In this document: piece after piece, positions 18,242 through 27,299 of the stretch
How the letters are laid out: every line of letters begins with the position of its first letter
How positions within the stretch are numbered: position 1 is the stretch's first letter
Origin: Alphaproteobacteria bacterium
GTDB taxonomy: Bacteria > Pseudomonadota > Alphaproteobacteria > Rs-D84
Direction of reading: 5' to 3'
Length of the DNA stretch: 64,000 bases
NCBI GenBank assembly: GCA_017502865.1
Contig: JAFVUD010000006.1
Coordinates: 17,699 to 81,698, forward strand
Position numbers and translations under genes: made by a program
The notes under the pieces: model-generated
Databases searched by the model: none
What the model saw: only the letters and a program-made list of their open reading frames with translations
Told to the model about the DNA's origin: nothing

Positions 18242-18895
18242 ATGAAAAATATTCCAAGAATTTTTGTTGGCAACGATATTCAATCTGGTATTCAAATACC
18301 GGCAAGCAAAGATATTGCACACTATTTAACACGGGTTATGCGGCGAAATGATTGTCTGTGTTTTGGGGGTGGCAATGAATTCTGTGCCACATTAAGCGAC
18401 GATAAAAAATTTATCATAATTGGCGATAAAACCGCACACAGTGACCCATCTAATAATATTACACTGATGTTTGCACCGATTAAACGCATGGACGACATGC
18501 TGAATATGGCGACCCAGATGGGGGTGGCACGTTTCCAACCAATCATCACAGAACGCACGGTTGCAAATCATATAAACTGGGGGCGGATGGAAAAGATTAT
18601 TATCGAAGCCGCCGAACAATCTAATCGCAACAGCGTGCCACAGATTTTGCCAGCAAAGAAATTTACAGATTTGGATTTATCAAATGTCGTGTTCGCAGAT
18701 GAACGGGCGGCATATGGGAAAGAAATCCCAACAGATTCAAATGCAGATACAATCTTAATCGGGCCCGAAGGTGGCTTTTCAGATGCAGAATTTAATGCAC
18801 TGGATGCGGCGGGGGCGATTGGTATTGGTTTGGGTAAAACTATTTTACGGGCCGAGGTTGCCGCTGTGGTCGCATTGGGAAAGTTGATTAAATAA
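18242..18895 (+). CDS. rsmE: 16S rRNA m3U1498 methyltransferase RsmE
   Basis: 217 aa with ..PRIFV.., ..ILIGPEGGFSDAEF.. and a C-terminal ..LRAEVAAV.. motif. Confidence 0.85.
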   Translation: MKNIPRIFVGNDIQSGIQIPASKDIAHYLTRVMRRNDCLCFGGGNEFCATLSDDKKFIIIGDKTAHSDPSNNITLMFAPIKRMDDMLNMATQMGVARFQPIITERTVANHINWGRMEKIIIEAAEQSNRNSVPQILPAKKFTDLDLSNVVFADERAAYGKEIPTDSNADTILIGPEGGFSDAEFNALDAAGAIGIGLGKTILRAEVAAVVALGKLIK

Positions 18896-18896
18896 T

Positions 18897-19595
18897 ATGA
18901 GTGTACGCATCGCAAAGTTTATCGCAGATTGTGGGGTCGCTTCACGGCGTGGGGCGGAAAAACTGATTGCAGATGGGGCGGTGCAGATAAATGGGAATGT
19001 TATCACAGACCCTGTACACTTTGTGGACGAAGGCGATATTGTTTTGGTGAATGGCAAACCAATCCAGGCACGTGAAAACACAGAACTGTATGCATTTCAC
19101 AAGCCGTTAAATGTTATGACAACGGCACATGACCCAGATGGACGGAAAACGGTCTATGATATTTTGGGTGATGAATATAAACACCTGAGATACGTGGGAC
19201 GTTTAGATTATAAGACGACGGGGTTGTTGCTGATGACAAATGATGGGGCATTGGCACGAAAACTGACATTGCCGGCATCGAATATTCCACGTGTTTATAT
19301 CGCAACAGTTAATGGGACAAATCGTTCGGGACTGGACCGGGCCAGACGTGGTATCACCGTTGATGGAATTAAATACGCACCAATGAAAATTGACGTGATG
19401 GAAAATGGCGATTTGCGGGTTATGGTGACCGAAGGAAAAAAGAACGAAGTAAGAATTGTTCTGCGGGCATGTGGATGTCCTGTACGTAAATTACACCGTA
19501 TTTCATTCGGGAATATTCAGTTGGGAAAATTGCCGGCTGGAAAAATTATTAAAATCACACAGAAAACAATTGACGAATTGATAAAATCTCTTTAA
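18897..19595 (+). CDS. rRNA pseudouridine synthase, RsuA/RluB family
   Basis: S4 domain (RIAKFIADCGVASRRGAEKLI) and catalytic motif VGRLDYKTTGLLLMTNDG. Confidence 0.85.
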   Translation: MSVRIAKFIADCGVASRRGAEKLIADGAVQINGNVITDPVHFVDEGDIVLVNGKPIQARENTELYAFHKPLNVMTTAHDPDGRKTVYDILGDEYKHLRYVGRLDYKTTGLLLMTNDGALARKLTLPASNIPRVYIATVNGTNRSGLDRARRGITVDGIKYAPMKIDVMENGDLRVMVTEGKKNEVRIVLRACGCPVRKLHRISFGNIQLGKLPAGKIIKITQKTIDELIKSL

Positions 19596-19623
19596 CATTC
19601 AAGTAAATGGAAGGGAGATTTAT

Positions 19624-20616
19624 ATGAAAAAAACACCTGCTAAGAAGAAAGTTAATACAAAAAAAGCCCAGGTTTCTGCGGCAAAAAGCACTGTTAAGCC
19701 AGTTGCAAAAAAGACATGCATGCATCCATGGTCTTTGTCTATTTATGTGTATTGGTTTATCATTTTGTTCTTTATCGCATCAACATTCTATATTCTGGGA
19801 CGTGCACACAATATGCCAAAACTGACAGATGACAGTGCAGAAGTCACAGAAGAAGTCTTGAAGATGGCAGAAGATTATTACAAAAGCGGCGAACAAAAAT
19901 TAGTCGCAGGTAATATCGAAGAAGCAATCGCAGATTTGACAACCGCTATTGACAGCAATGCTGCAACCGTCAGCACATACACACTGCGTGGTGAAGCATA
20001 TATGCAGATGGGCGATTATCGCAACGCAATGGCAGATTTCGACAAAGCAATCGAAATTGACCCAACATATTCTGTGGCATATTATGACCGTTCTTTGTTG
20101 AACACACGTTTAGAAGACTATAATGCAGCACTGAACGATATCAACAACGCAATGGCAGCAGAAGCCAAGAACCCATCATCTGTGTTGGCATCACGTGATA
20201 TGTATGCAAAACGTGGTCGTTTGAATTTGTGGCTGAAAAACTGGGAAGGTGCAATTGCAGACTTTACCAATTCTTTGGCACGTCCAAACGGTGTTGTGAC
20301 ACCAGACGTTTATGCAGAACGTGCAGAAGCATACACAGCAATGGCAATGTATAACGAAGCAATCGCAGACTATACATCCGCTGTGCGTGTTATTTCTGAA
20401 CAGATTCAGGGTTTGACAGATATGAACGACCGTGAACGTTTGTCTGCACAGGCAATGAATTATTTCGAAAAATCTGCAGCATTGAACCTGAAACAAGGTG
20501 ATATCGCATCTGCAAAAGATGATTTGAATTCTGCACGCACAATCGCAGCAGCATTGGCAGATGAAGAAACAATCAGCAGACTGGATACACTGATTGCAGA
20601 TTTGAATAACATGTAA
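19624..20616 (+). CDS. Membrane-anchored TPR-repeat protein
   Basis: Lys-rich N-terminus, one TM segment (IYVYWFIILFFIASTFYIL), then repeated A..Y...G.Y..A..DF..A TPR-like units. Confidence 0.7.
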   Translation: MKKTPAKKKVNTKKAQVSAAKSTVKPVAKKTCMHPWSLSIYVYWFIILFFIASTFYILGRAHNMPKLTDDSAEVTEEVLKMAEDYYKSGEQKLVAGNIEEAIADLTTAIDSNAATVSTYTLRGEAYMQMGDYRNAMADFDKAIEIDPTYSVAYYDRSLLNTRLEDYNAALNDINNAMAAEAKNPSSVLASRDMYAKRGRLNLWLKNWEGAIADFTNSLARPNGVVTPDVYAERAEAYTAMAMYNEAIADYTSAVRVISEQIQGLTDMNDRERLSAQAMNYFEKSAALNLKQGDIASAKDDLNSARTIAAALADEETISRLDTLIADLNNM

Positions 20617-20630
20617 AAAAAGCAAACAAC

Positions 20631-20657
20631 AAAAAACGCCTGTTTGGGCGTTTTTTT
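20631..20657. terminator. Bidirectional terminator (TPR gene / der)
   Basis: A6-CGCC-TGTTT-GGGCG-T7. Confidence 0.7.
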
Positions 20658-20662
20658 ATTCA

Positions 20663-22006
20663 TTATTTATCATCGTATGGGTTGTCAGCCTTGTCATATT
20701 CGATAACAATTGGCAGATGTTCCCATTCCAATGCCGTCGCCAATCCACGGCGTAAATATCGGGTATAAGATTCTGGGATATCAGATGCACCGCCAACGTT
20801 AATCGTTATCTTCATTGGATGACGACCGGTTTGACGCGCAAACTTAATCTTCATGGGGCGTTTCAGGCGGGACATAGGTGGCTGGCGATCGGCAACCAGT
20901 TTTTCAATGATACGATTAATTAAACTGGTTGGGGCCTGGGCCATGGAAATATCCCACTGTTGATAAATACGTTTGAACAAATTCTGGACACCGGTGCCCT
21001 TTTCCGCAGAAATCGCCAATATCATTGGTTTAATAATCTGGTGGAATGAATTTGAAAACTGATGCTTTAATTTTAATAATTTTTCATCACGTTCGGCCGG
21101 ATCTATCAGGTCCCACTTGTTCAATGCAACGCACAAGATTTTACCGGCATCGTAAACACGGGCGGCAATCCCCAGGGCCTGGTTTTCAATATTGCGGGTG
21201 GCATCAACGACCAAGATTACAACGTCTGCCTTATCAATGGCGTCCAATGATTTTAATGCAGACAATGTTTCAACGTCGTCGGTTACGCCCGCTTTGCGAC
21301 GAAGGCCCGCAGTATCCATCAACAAAATGTCACGACCATAGAAATGGGTTGGGATTTTAACTGTATCACGGGTAATCCCAGGGGCATCACGTACAATTTG
21401 ACGATTTTCGCCCAAAACACGGTTCACAAATGTGGATTTACCAACATTAGGCTGGCCCAGGACGGCAATTTTTATACGTGCATCTGGGGCAGATTCTGGG
21501 ACGGTTTCGTTTGCGGTGTCGCCTGCGATTTTATCCAGAAATTCATAAATTTCATCAAAGCCACGTTTGTGTTCAGCAGAAATCATAACCGGTGCACCAA
21601 AGCCCAGTTTATAAAATTCATGTACGTCGCCCACACGTTTGGCAGATTCTGTTTTATTTACCAGCAATAAAACCGGTGCACGTGTTTTACGACGAACTAA
21701 TTTTGCCCATTCCAGGTCTTCGTTCGTTAAGCCAACACGACCATCGACCACAAACAAAATGGCATCTGCCCGGGATACGGCATCAATTGCCATATTGGTT
21801 GAATCTGATGCAATGCCAGATTTGGCATTTTCCAAGCCGGCCGTGTCCATAATCTGGTATGGACGGTCGCAAAATACGCCACCAATACAGTCACGTGTCA
21901 CACCCGGCCGGTCATGAACCAGCGCATCACGTGTTCCCGTCAGGGCATTAAATAATGTGGACTTGCCAGTGTTTGGGCGTCCTGCTATTGCTATTTTCAT
22001 CATCAT
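20663..22006 (-). CDS. der: Ribosome-associated GTPase Der (EngA)
   Basis: Two G domains (GRPNTGKSTLFN, GQPNVGKSTFVN) and a KH-like C-terminus. The track start at 22039 is TTG, so I chose the ATG cluster at 22006-21998. Confidence 0.92.
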   Translation of the reverse strand: MMMKIAIAGRPNTGKSTLFNALTGTRDALVHDRPGVTRDCIGGVFCDRPYQIMDTAGLENAKSGIASDSTNMAIDAVSRADAILFVVDGRVGLTNEDLEWAKLVRRKTRAPVLLLVNKTESAKRVGDVHEFYKLGFGAPVMISAEHKRGFDEIYEFLDKIAGDTANETVPESAPDARIKIAVLGQPNVGKSTFVNRVLGENRQIVRDAPGITRDTVKIPTHFYGRDILLMDTAGLRRKAGVTDDVETLSALKSLDAIDKADVVILVVDATRNIENQALGIAARVYDAGKILCVALNKWDLIDPAERDEKLLKLKHQFSNSFHQIIKPMILAISAEKGTGVQNLFKRIYQQWDISMAQAPTSLINRIIEKLVADRQPPMSRLKRPMKIKFARQTGRHPMKITINVGGASDIPESYTRYLRRGLATALEWEHLPIVIEYDKADNPYDDK

Positions 22007-22071
22007 TTTTTCCGTTGATTTTTTATAATTATAGGGCAAAAATATAAATAATCAAATTTTGGGGGTGAAAA

Positions 22072-22665
22072 ATGATTAAGAAAATAAAACGTGCATTTGG
22101 ACACATTCGTGATGTTATTATTAACCCAAAACGCTATTTCACCAAGATTGTAGCAGACGGAAACATGGAAGAAGCCATGTTCAAAGCGTTTTTGTATGGT
22201 CTGTTTGGCGGTTTGTTGGTGTTGGGTATCAATTTATTAACTGGGGCAACATTTACATTGGGCGGAATCTTTTCCGCAGTAATTATTACGCCTGTTTTGG
22301 CGGTTGGTGTTCTGTTCGTTATGGGCGGATTATTAATGCTGGTGTCCGAGATTACCGGTGGTGAACGGGACTGGGAAATCGCAATCAAGGGATTGGGGTC
22401 TGTGTTCTTTATGTATCCGGTGATATTAGCGTTAAATTCGTTGGCATTTAATTGCACATCGATGTGGATTATCAGTTTGATTGTCGATATTTATGCGTTG
22501 TTCTTGTTCTATAACATTGCATTGTATTGTATGCGTGGTAAACGGGGCAGTGTTTTGGCAGTTATTGCGATTATTGCATTATTCTTAATCACAGTATATG
22601 CAACAGATTACCGCATGGGATGGTTTATACTGAAAAACAACAGTGCTGCGTTTGCATGTCTGTAA
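22072..22665 (+). CDS. Polytopic membrane protein, Yip1-like (tentative)
   Basis: 197 aa with about 5 predicted TM helices after a short cytoplasmic N-terminus. Family call is from general resemblance only. Confidence 0.45.
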   Translation: MIKKIKRAFGHIRDVIINPKRYFTKIVADGNMEEAMFKAFLYGLFGGLLVLGINLLTGATFTLGGIFSAVIITPVLAVGVLFVMGGLLMLVSEITGGERDWEIAIKGLGSVFFMYPVILALNSLAFNCTSMWIISLIVDIYALFLFYNIALYCMRGKRGSVLAVIAIIALFLITVYATDYRMGWFILKNNSAAFACL

Positions 22666-22671
22666 TACATA

Positions 22672-22708
22672 TACAAAAAAAAGAAACGCCCAAACGGGCG
22701 TTTTTTTA
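22672..22708. terminator. Bidirectional terminator (yip1-like / porin)
   Basis: A-run, AACGCCC / GGGCGTT, T7. Confidence 0.7.
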
Positions 22709-23746
22709 TTAGAATGTAATTCGTAATCCAGCCGACAGGAATGGGGTTTTCGAACTGGCCCCCAGGGATATCCAGCCATCGACAAATTCACTGTATTTAT
22801 AGCGGAACGAACCGATTACCATATTATCGACATAGTTATCAACATCGGCATTCCAAATGCCTGTATCCGACAGCATATATGTCAAAGACACACTGTATTT
22901 CAAAACATCATAACTGACCCCGGTGCCAACAACCAGACCATCAGATATTGGACCAATTGGGTTTTCATCGTATATAACACGGGCGGTTGTTCCCCACAGC
23001 CAACTGTTATACTGGAAATTCATGCCAGCGGTTAACTGGGCACGCCAATCGGCAGTGACAGATGGTGAATAGACATCTGTGGAAAAGCCGTCTGGATTAT
23101 CCATAAACGATGCACCAAATGAAAATGCAGATTTTAATTTCCCCGATGGACGGCGAATTTTTAAGCCGGCATCAACTGCAAAATCATAATCATCGGTCAG
23201 GCCTGCAAACGACATGCCATATTGCACACCATTATTTGAAGCAGATGCAATATTCATACGCAGTGCAGAACGACCGGTTGTTAATGTGGTATCAGAAATT
23301 ACCGCCCCGTCTGGGGTTATCAATTTGTGAAATAACGGGCGGTCGTTTATACGCAAACCACCAACGTCGGGCAACCCAACCCCCAATTTGCGTGCAATAG
23401 AATCTGTAAAACCGATTTCCATGCGGCCATAGTCACGCAATTGGTAATACGCAAACGCTTCACGCATGAATTTATCGTCATCAATGGCGGTGGCATCAAT
23501 CGCATAGACCACACCAAACGAATGATTTGAATTTATATCGTGTGAAATCTGGGCACGGACACGCCAATCACCAACAAAATCGGTGGATTCTTCGTCGGTT
23601 TGGAATACGCCCGATGTACCATAACCGGTTAATTTTAATGTGGTGTCACCAATATTATACGTCCATGCGTTTGCACCAGACATGCCAACCAGACCCAACA
23701 GTATGGCGGCAATTGAAACTGATTTTATATTCATAAATTTATCCAT
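22709..23746 (-). CDS. Outer membrane beta-barrel porin-like protein
   Basis: Signal peptide ..SIAAILLGLVGMSGANA, alternating beta-strand pattern, C-terminal ..GLRITF (terminal Phe). The start could be ATG 23734 instead. Confidence 0.6.
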   Translation of the reverse strand: MDKFMNIKSVSIAAILLGLVGMSGANAWTYNIGDTTLKLTGYGTSGVFQTDEESTDFVGDWRVRAQISHDINSNHSFGVVYAIDATAIDDDKFMREAFAYYQLRDYGRMEIGFTDSIARKLGVGLPDVGGLRINDRPLFHKLITPDGAVISDTTLTTGRSALRMNIASASNNGVQYGMSFAGLTDDYDFAVDAGLKIRRPSGKLKSAFSFGASFMDNPDGFSTDVYSPSVTADWRAQLTAGMNFQYNSWLWGTTARVIYDENPIGPISDGLVVGTGVSYDVLKYSVSLTYMLSDTGIWNADVDNYVDNMVIGSFRYKYSEFVDGWISLGASSKTPFLSAGLRITF

Positions 23747-23751
23747 TGATG

Positions 23752-24660
23752 TTATTTGTTGGCGTCCTGCAATATTGCATCACGCAATTTATTGTATGCA
23801 CGTTCTTCGATTTGGCGAACACGTTCACGTGATATGCCATATTTCTGGGACAATGATTCCAATGTTGCAACCGGGTCAGACAGACGGCGGGCATGCAATA
23901 TTTCACGATCACGTTCGGGTAAATTTGCCAAATGTTTACGCAGTAATTCATATCCACGACGTTTGAATTCCAGACGTTCCAGTGTATCTTCGATACTGTC
24001 ACGATTATCGGCCAGGTTGGACAACATATCGTGCGAATCTTCGTCGTTATGGGCCGGGGCATTTAATGATAAATCACGGGCACCAACACGGGTTGCCATA
24101 CGTTTAACATCGTTTTCCGGCACATCCAGGTAATCTGCAATTTGTTTGGTCTGGTCGTCGGTCAGATTGTTATCCATAATCCCCAATGCACGTTTGGCAC
24201 GGGCCAGGTTAAAGAACACACGTTTCTGGTTCGCAGACGTGCCAATTTTTACAATTGACCAATTGTTCAATATTGTTTCATAGATTTCGGCACGAATCCA
24301 AAACATGGCATAGGTTGAAAAGCGAAAGCCCTTGTCCGGGTCAAATTTCTGTAATGCCTGCATCAGGCCCATATTACCACTGGCAATCAAATCGCCAACG
24401 GGTATCCCATAATTCTTGAAATCATATGCAACGGATACAACCATGCGCAGGTGGCTGGCCACCAGTTTTTCAGCCGCAGACGAATCATGATTTTTTACCC
24501 ATTGGGTTGCGTATTCATATTCCTGTTCCGCCGTTAATACGGGGAATTTCTGGACATTCTGGATATACTGGGCCAGACTGGTTTCGTCGTTCACGCCACG
24601 GGCAGCCACCAGATTGGTGTTTGTTGTTGCCGGTAAAGCGTTCTTGATTTGCTTTTTCAT
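23752..24660 (-). CDS. rpoH: RNA polymerase sigma-32 factor RpoH
   Basis: Region 2 (..DLIASGNMGLMQALQKFDPDKGFRFSTYAMFWIRAEI..) and an RpoH box-like QKRVFFNLARAKR. Confidence 0.9.
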   Translation of the reverse strand: MKKQIKNALPATTNTNLVAARGVNDETSLAQYIQNVQKFPVLTAEQEYEYATQWVKNHDSSAAEKLVASHLRMVVSVAYDFKNYGIPVGDLIASGNMGLMQALQKFDPDKGFRFSTYAMFWIRAEIYETILNNWSIVKIGTSANQKRVFFNLARAKRALGIMDNNLTDDQTKQIADYLDVPENDVKRMATRVGARDLSLNAPAHNDEDSHDMLSNLADNRDSIEDTLERLEFKRRGYELLRKHLANLPERDREILHARRLSDPVATLESLSQKYGISRERVRQIEERAYNKLRDAILQDANK

Positions 24661-24669
24661 AACTTTTAT

Positions 24670-24697
24670 AGTATAGCAATAAAATAAGAATTATCAA
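24670..24697 (-). promoter_or_regulatory. rpoH promoter (leaderless architecture)
   Basis: Minus strand TTGATA (24697-92), 16 nt, TATACT (24675-70), 9 nt, ATG (24660). No SD. Confidence 0.5.
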
Positions 24698-24713
24698 GAC
24701 AGGAGATTTTGTC

Positions 24714-25253
24714 ATGGCAAATATGTTGGAAAGAAATAAAAACGTTAAACCAGTTAAAAAAACACGTGCAGACTATGCAGAAGATGCACTGTATCGTGAA
24801 GTTTGGGAAGAAGTGAATAATGAAAAGACTATGCGATTTATCAAAAAATACTATAAGGTTATTTTAGGTGTCGCAATCGGTATTATGATTATCGCTGTCG
24901 GTATTCAAATTGGCGTACGTCACAAGGCCATGCAAAAAATTAGAACAGCAGAACAATATGAAACCGCCATTACAACAATGGACCCTGCAAAAATTGCGGC
25001 GGTGGCAGATAATGTAGATGGTGCAACCGCTGATTTGGCTTTGTTCCAGGCATATTTGCTGGACAATGATATTGCAAAAATCGAACAGTTGGCCAAAGAT
25101 GGAAACACACGTGATTTCCGTGATTTGGCAAAACTGCATGTTATCGGTGCCAAAGGTGATGCAATGACAGCCCAGCAGGTAGAAGAATATTTGTCTGATT
25201 TAGATACAAAAAATTCACCATTCTATTACACAGCGGCTTTGACCGTTGCATAG
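24714..25253 (+). CDS. YfgM-like membrane-anchored TPR-like protein, ended by an in-frame TAG (frame stays open to 25364)
   Basis: ..YREVWEEVNNEKTMRFIKKYYKVILGVAIGIMIIAVG.. anchor, followed by the BamB-like gene as in yfgM-bamB pairs. After TAG 25251-53, 36 more sense codons follow in frame. Confidence 0.65.
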   Translation: MANMLERNKNVKPVKKTRADYAEDALYREVWEEVNNEKTMRFIKKYYKVILGVAIGIMIIAVGIQIGVRHKAMQKIRTAEQYETAITTMDPAKIAAVADNVDGATADLALFQAYLLDNDIAKIEQLAKDGNTRDFRDLAKLHVIGAKGDAMTAQQVEEYLSDLDTKNSPFYYTAALTVA

Positions 25254-25385
25254 AAATATTTAAGTGTTGGCGACAAAGATACTGCAAACAAATGGTTGGA
25301 TAAAATTATCAAAGATGACAAGGCACCTGTATCTATTTCAGGGGCCGCACAGGCATTAAGATAATTACCCAGGGGGGATTTGCAG

Positions 25386-26108
25386 ATGAAACGCATTTTG
25401 GCAATTATTTTAGGCATCATGGCCGTTGCGGCATGTGATAAACATGACCCGATTTTGCCAGGTGAACGCAAGCCTATATTTGATACAGGCACAGTCGAAG
25501 TATTAAATAAAACAATCGATACTGATTTGCCAGAAACTGCATTTCAAATGCCAGATGTGGCGTGCAATTATACCCAGGACGCATCAAACGTTATTTGGGA
25601 CGGCGAACGCAAGATTTTCAGCGGATTTCCAACAAACAACAGTGTAAAAAGTAATCAAAAACCAATATGCAGTGGGAAATACGTATATGCGGGATTGACC
25701 ACAGGCGAACTGGTCAAGGTTAATCCAAAAACACGCCAGATTGTTTGGATTGCTGATATCTATCGTGGCAGCAATATGACCGGTGGTGCATCGGTGTTGG
25801 ATATTGTGGCACCAATTGTTGTGCGTGACAATTCTGTGTATGTGGGTGGTCTGGGGGATGCATTTTGTGAAATAAATGCAAATTCCGGTGATAAAAAATG
25901 GTGCGTAAATATCAGCGTGCCGGTTGCATTTGAAATTGTTGATAATGTTGGCTATGTTGCGGCATCTGATAATTATCTGTATGCGGTCAATTTACAAAAC
26001 GGAAACGTTTGGTGGCGAACCCAGATTGACACAGTTGAAAAACCAACGTACCAAGATGGTAAAATCATTGTTCGCAAGCAAAAGTTTAATGCAAAATCAG
26101 GAAAATAA
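25386..26108 (+). CDS. bamB: PQQ-like beta-propeller lipoprotein, BamB-like (short)
   Basis: Lipobox IMAVAAC and repeats of the ..YLYAVNLQNGNVWW.. type. The track start at 25380 is TTG. ATG 25386 has G6 as SD 8 nt upstream. Confidence 0.6.
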   Translation: MKRILAIILGIMAVAACDKHDPILPGERKPIFDTGTVEVLNKTIDTDLPETAFQMPDVACNYTQDASNVIWDGERKIFSGFPTNNSVKSNQKPICSGKYVYAGLTTGELVKVNPKTRQIVWIADIYRGSNMTGGASVLDIVAPIVVRDNSVYVGGLGDAFCEINANSGDKKWCVNISVPVAFEIVDNVGYVAASDNYLYAVNLQNGNVWWRTQIDTVEKPTYQDGKIIVRKQKFNAKSGK

Positions 26109-26134
26109 AAAAATCCCCAAAACGGGGATTTTTA
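26107..26134. terminator. Bidirectional terminator (bamB-like / rpsO)
   Basis: A-run, ATCCCC / GGGGAT, T5. Confidence 0.7.
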
Positions 26135-26407
26135 TTATTTACGCAGACCCAATTTTTTAATCAGTTCTTCGTATTCAGCGGCATTGCGTTTTTTGATGTA
26201 TGCCAACAATTTCTTGCGGCGGTTAACCATCAACAACAGACCACGTTTTGAATGGTTATCTTTGTGATTAGCCTTCATATGTTCTGTCAAATTGCGAATG
26301 CGTTCTGTTAAAACTGCAACCTGGGCAGCGGCGGAACCGCCGTTGTCTGTATCAGTTGTTTTATATGCTGAAATCAATTCAGCTTTTTTTGCTTTTGTTA
26401 CGGACAT
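26135..26407 (-). CDS. rpsO: 30S ribosomal protein S15
   Basis: 90 aa, ..[44 protein letters not shown].. Confidence 0.95.
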   Translation of the reverse strand: MSVTKAKKAELISAYKTTDTDNGGSAAAQVAVLTERIRNLTEHMKANHKDNHSKRGLLLMVNRRKKLLAYIKKRNAAEYEELIKKLGLRK

Positions 26408-26425
26408 TTTATTTCCTTTTTTGTT

Positions 26426-27298
26426 TTATATTGTTCGTTTGGGCCGTAAGTCACCGTCCGTTATCATGCCAATCCCGATAAATGTTTTATCGCAATAAAC
26501 ACGGGTCAGACCGTCCGGGCCACACGTTTTGATAAAGCCACCATTTCGATAGAAATCAGCATCTTTATCGTTCAGATTCGTGACCGGAATGTCCCCCAGT
26601 CCAGAATCAATTGGTTCCAAGAATTTCTTGAAATCGCCACCATTATTAAACAGATTTTCTAAAAAATCAAGTTTTACGGCATTTTTTAGGCCGAAACCAT
26701 TGGTTTGGGTACGGCGTATCATAGAAACAGTGCCAAATGTGCCGCATAATTGTGCAATATCACGCCCCAGACTGCGAACATAGGTACCACGGGAACAACG
26801 GGTTCTAAAATGCCAAACGTCGCCGTCCAGCCCCAAGAATTCCAATTCATATATATGAACCGGTCGTGGTGGAATTTCCAGTGCCCTGCCCCGGCGGGCG
26901 GCATCGTATGCACGCACACCATCAACGTGTACGGCACTGAATTGTGGCGGGGTCTGCATGATTTGGCCGGTCAATTTTGGCAGTACTGATTTTACCATTT
27001 CAATGGTTGGAATAATGTCTGAACGCATGGTTTCGTGGCCGGTGACGTCCAAAGTATCTGTTTCGTAACCAAAGACAACATCGAACAGATATTCTTTTTC
27101 GTTGGAATTTGCGTCTTCGATAAATGGTATCATTTTGGTTGCATCCCCAATGGCGATTGGCAACACGCCAGATGCCATTGGATCCAGTGTGCCGATATGG
27201 CCAAATTTTTTCGTGCCAAACATGCGGGCAATGCGACCGCCGGCGGTTCGGGAAAACAGACCAGAATCTTTGTCCAAGATGATAAATCCAGAAGCCAT
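26426..27298 (-). CDS. truB: tRNA pseudouridine-55 synthase TruB
   Basis: GHIGTLDPMASGVLPIAIG catalytic motif. The track start at 27307 is TTG. ATG 27298 abuts the mutS stop. Confidence 0.9.
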   Translation of the reverse strand: MASGFIILDKDSGLFSRTAGGRIARMFGTKKFGHIGTLDPMASGVLPIAIGDATKMIPFIEDANSNEKEYLFDVVFGYETDTLDVTGHETMRSDIIPTIEMVKSVLPKLTGQIMQTPPQFSAVHVDGVRAYDAARRGRALEIPPRPVHIYELEFLGLDGDVWHFRTRCSRGTYVRSLGRDIAQLCGTFGTVSMIRRTQTNGFGLKNAVKLDFLENLFNNGGDFKKFLEPIDSGLGDIPVTNLNDKDADFYRNGGFIKTCGPDGLTRVYCDKTFIGIGMITDGDLRPKRTI

Positions 27299-27299
27299 T

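Noticed and set aside
25251-25253. TAG reassigned as a sense codon (for example pyrrolysine-like or a genome-wide recoding).
   Set aside because: TAG terminates lpxD (447-449), the MacB permease (48757-59), mnmG (55185-87) and ileS (59098-100) at positions consistent with full-length proteins. A global reassignment is therefore not supported.
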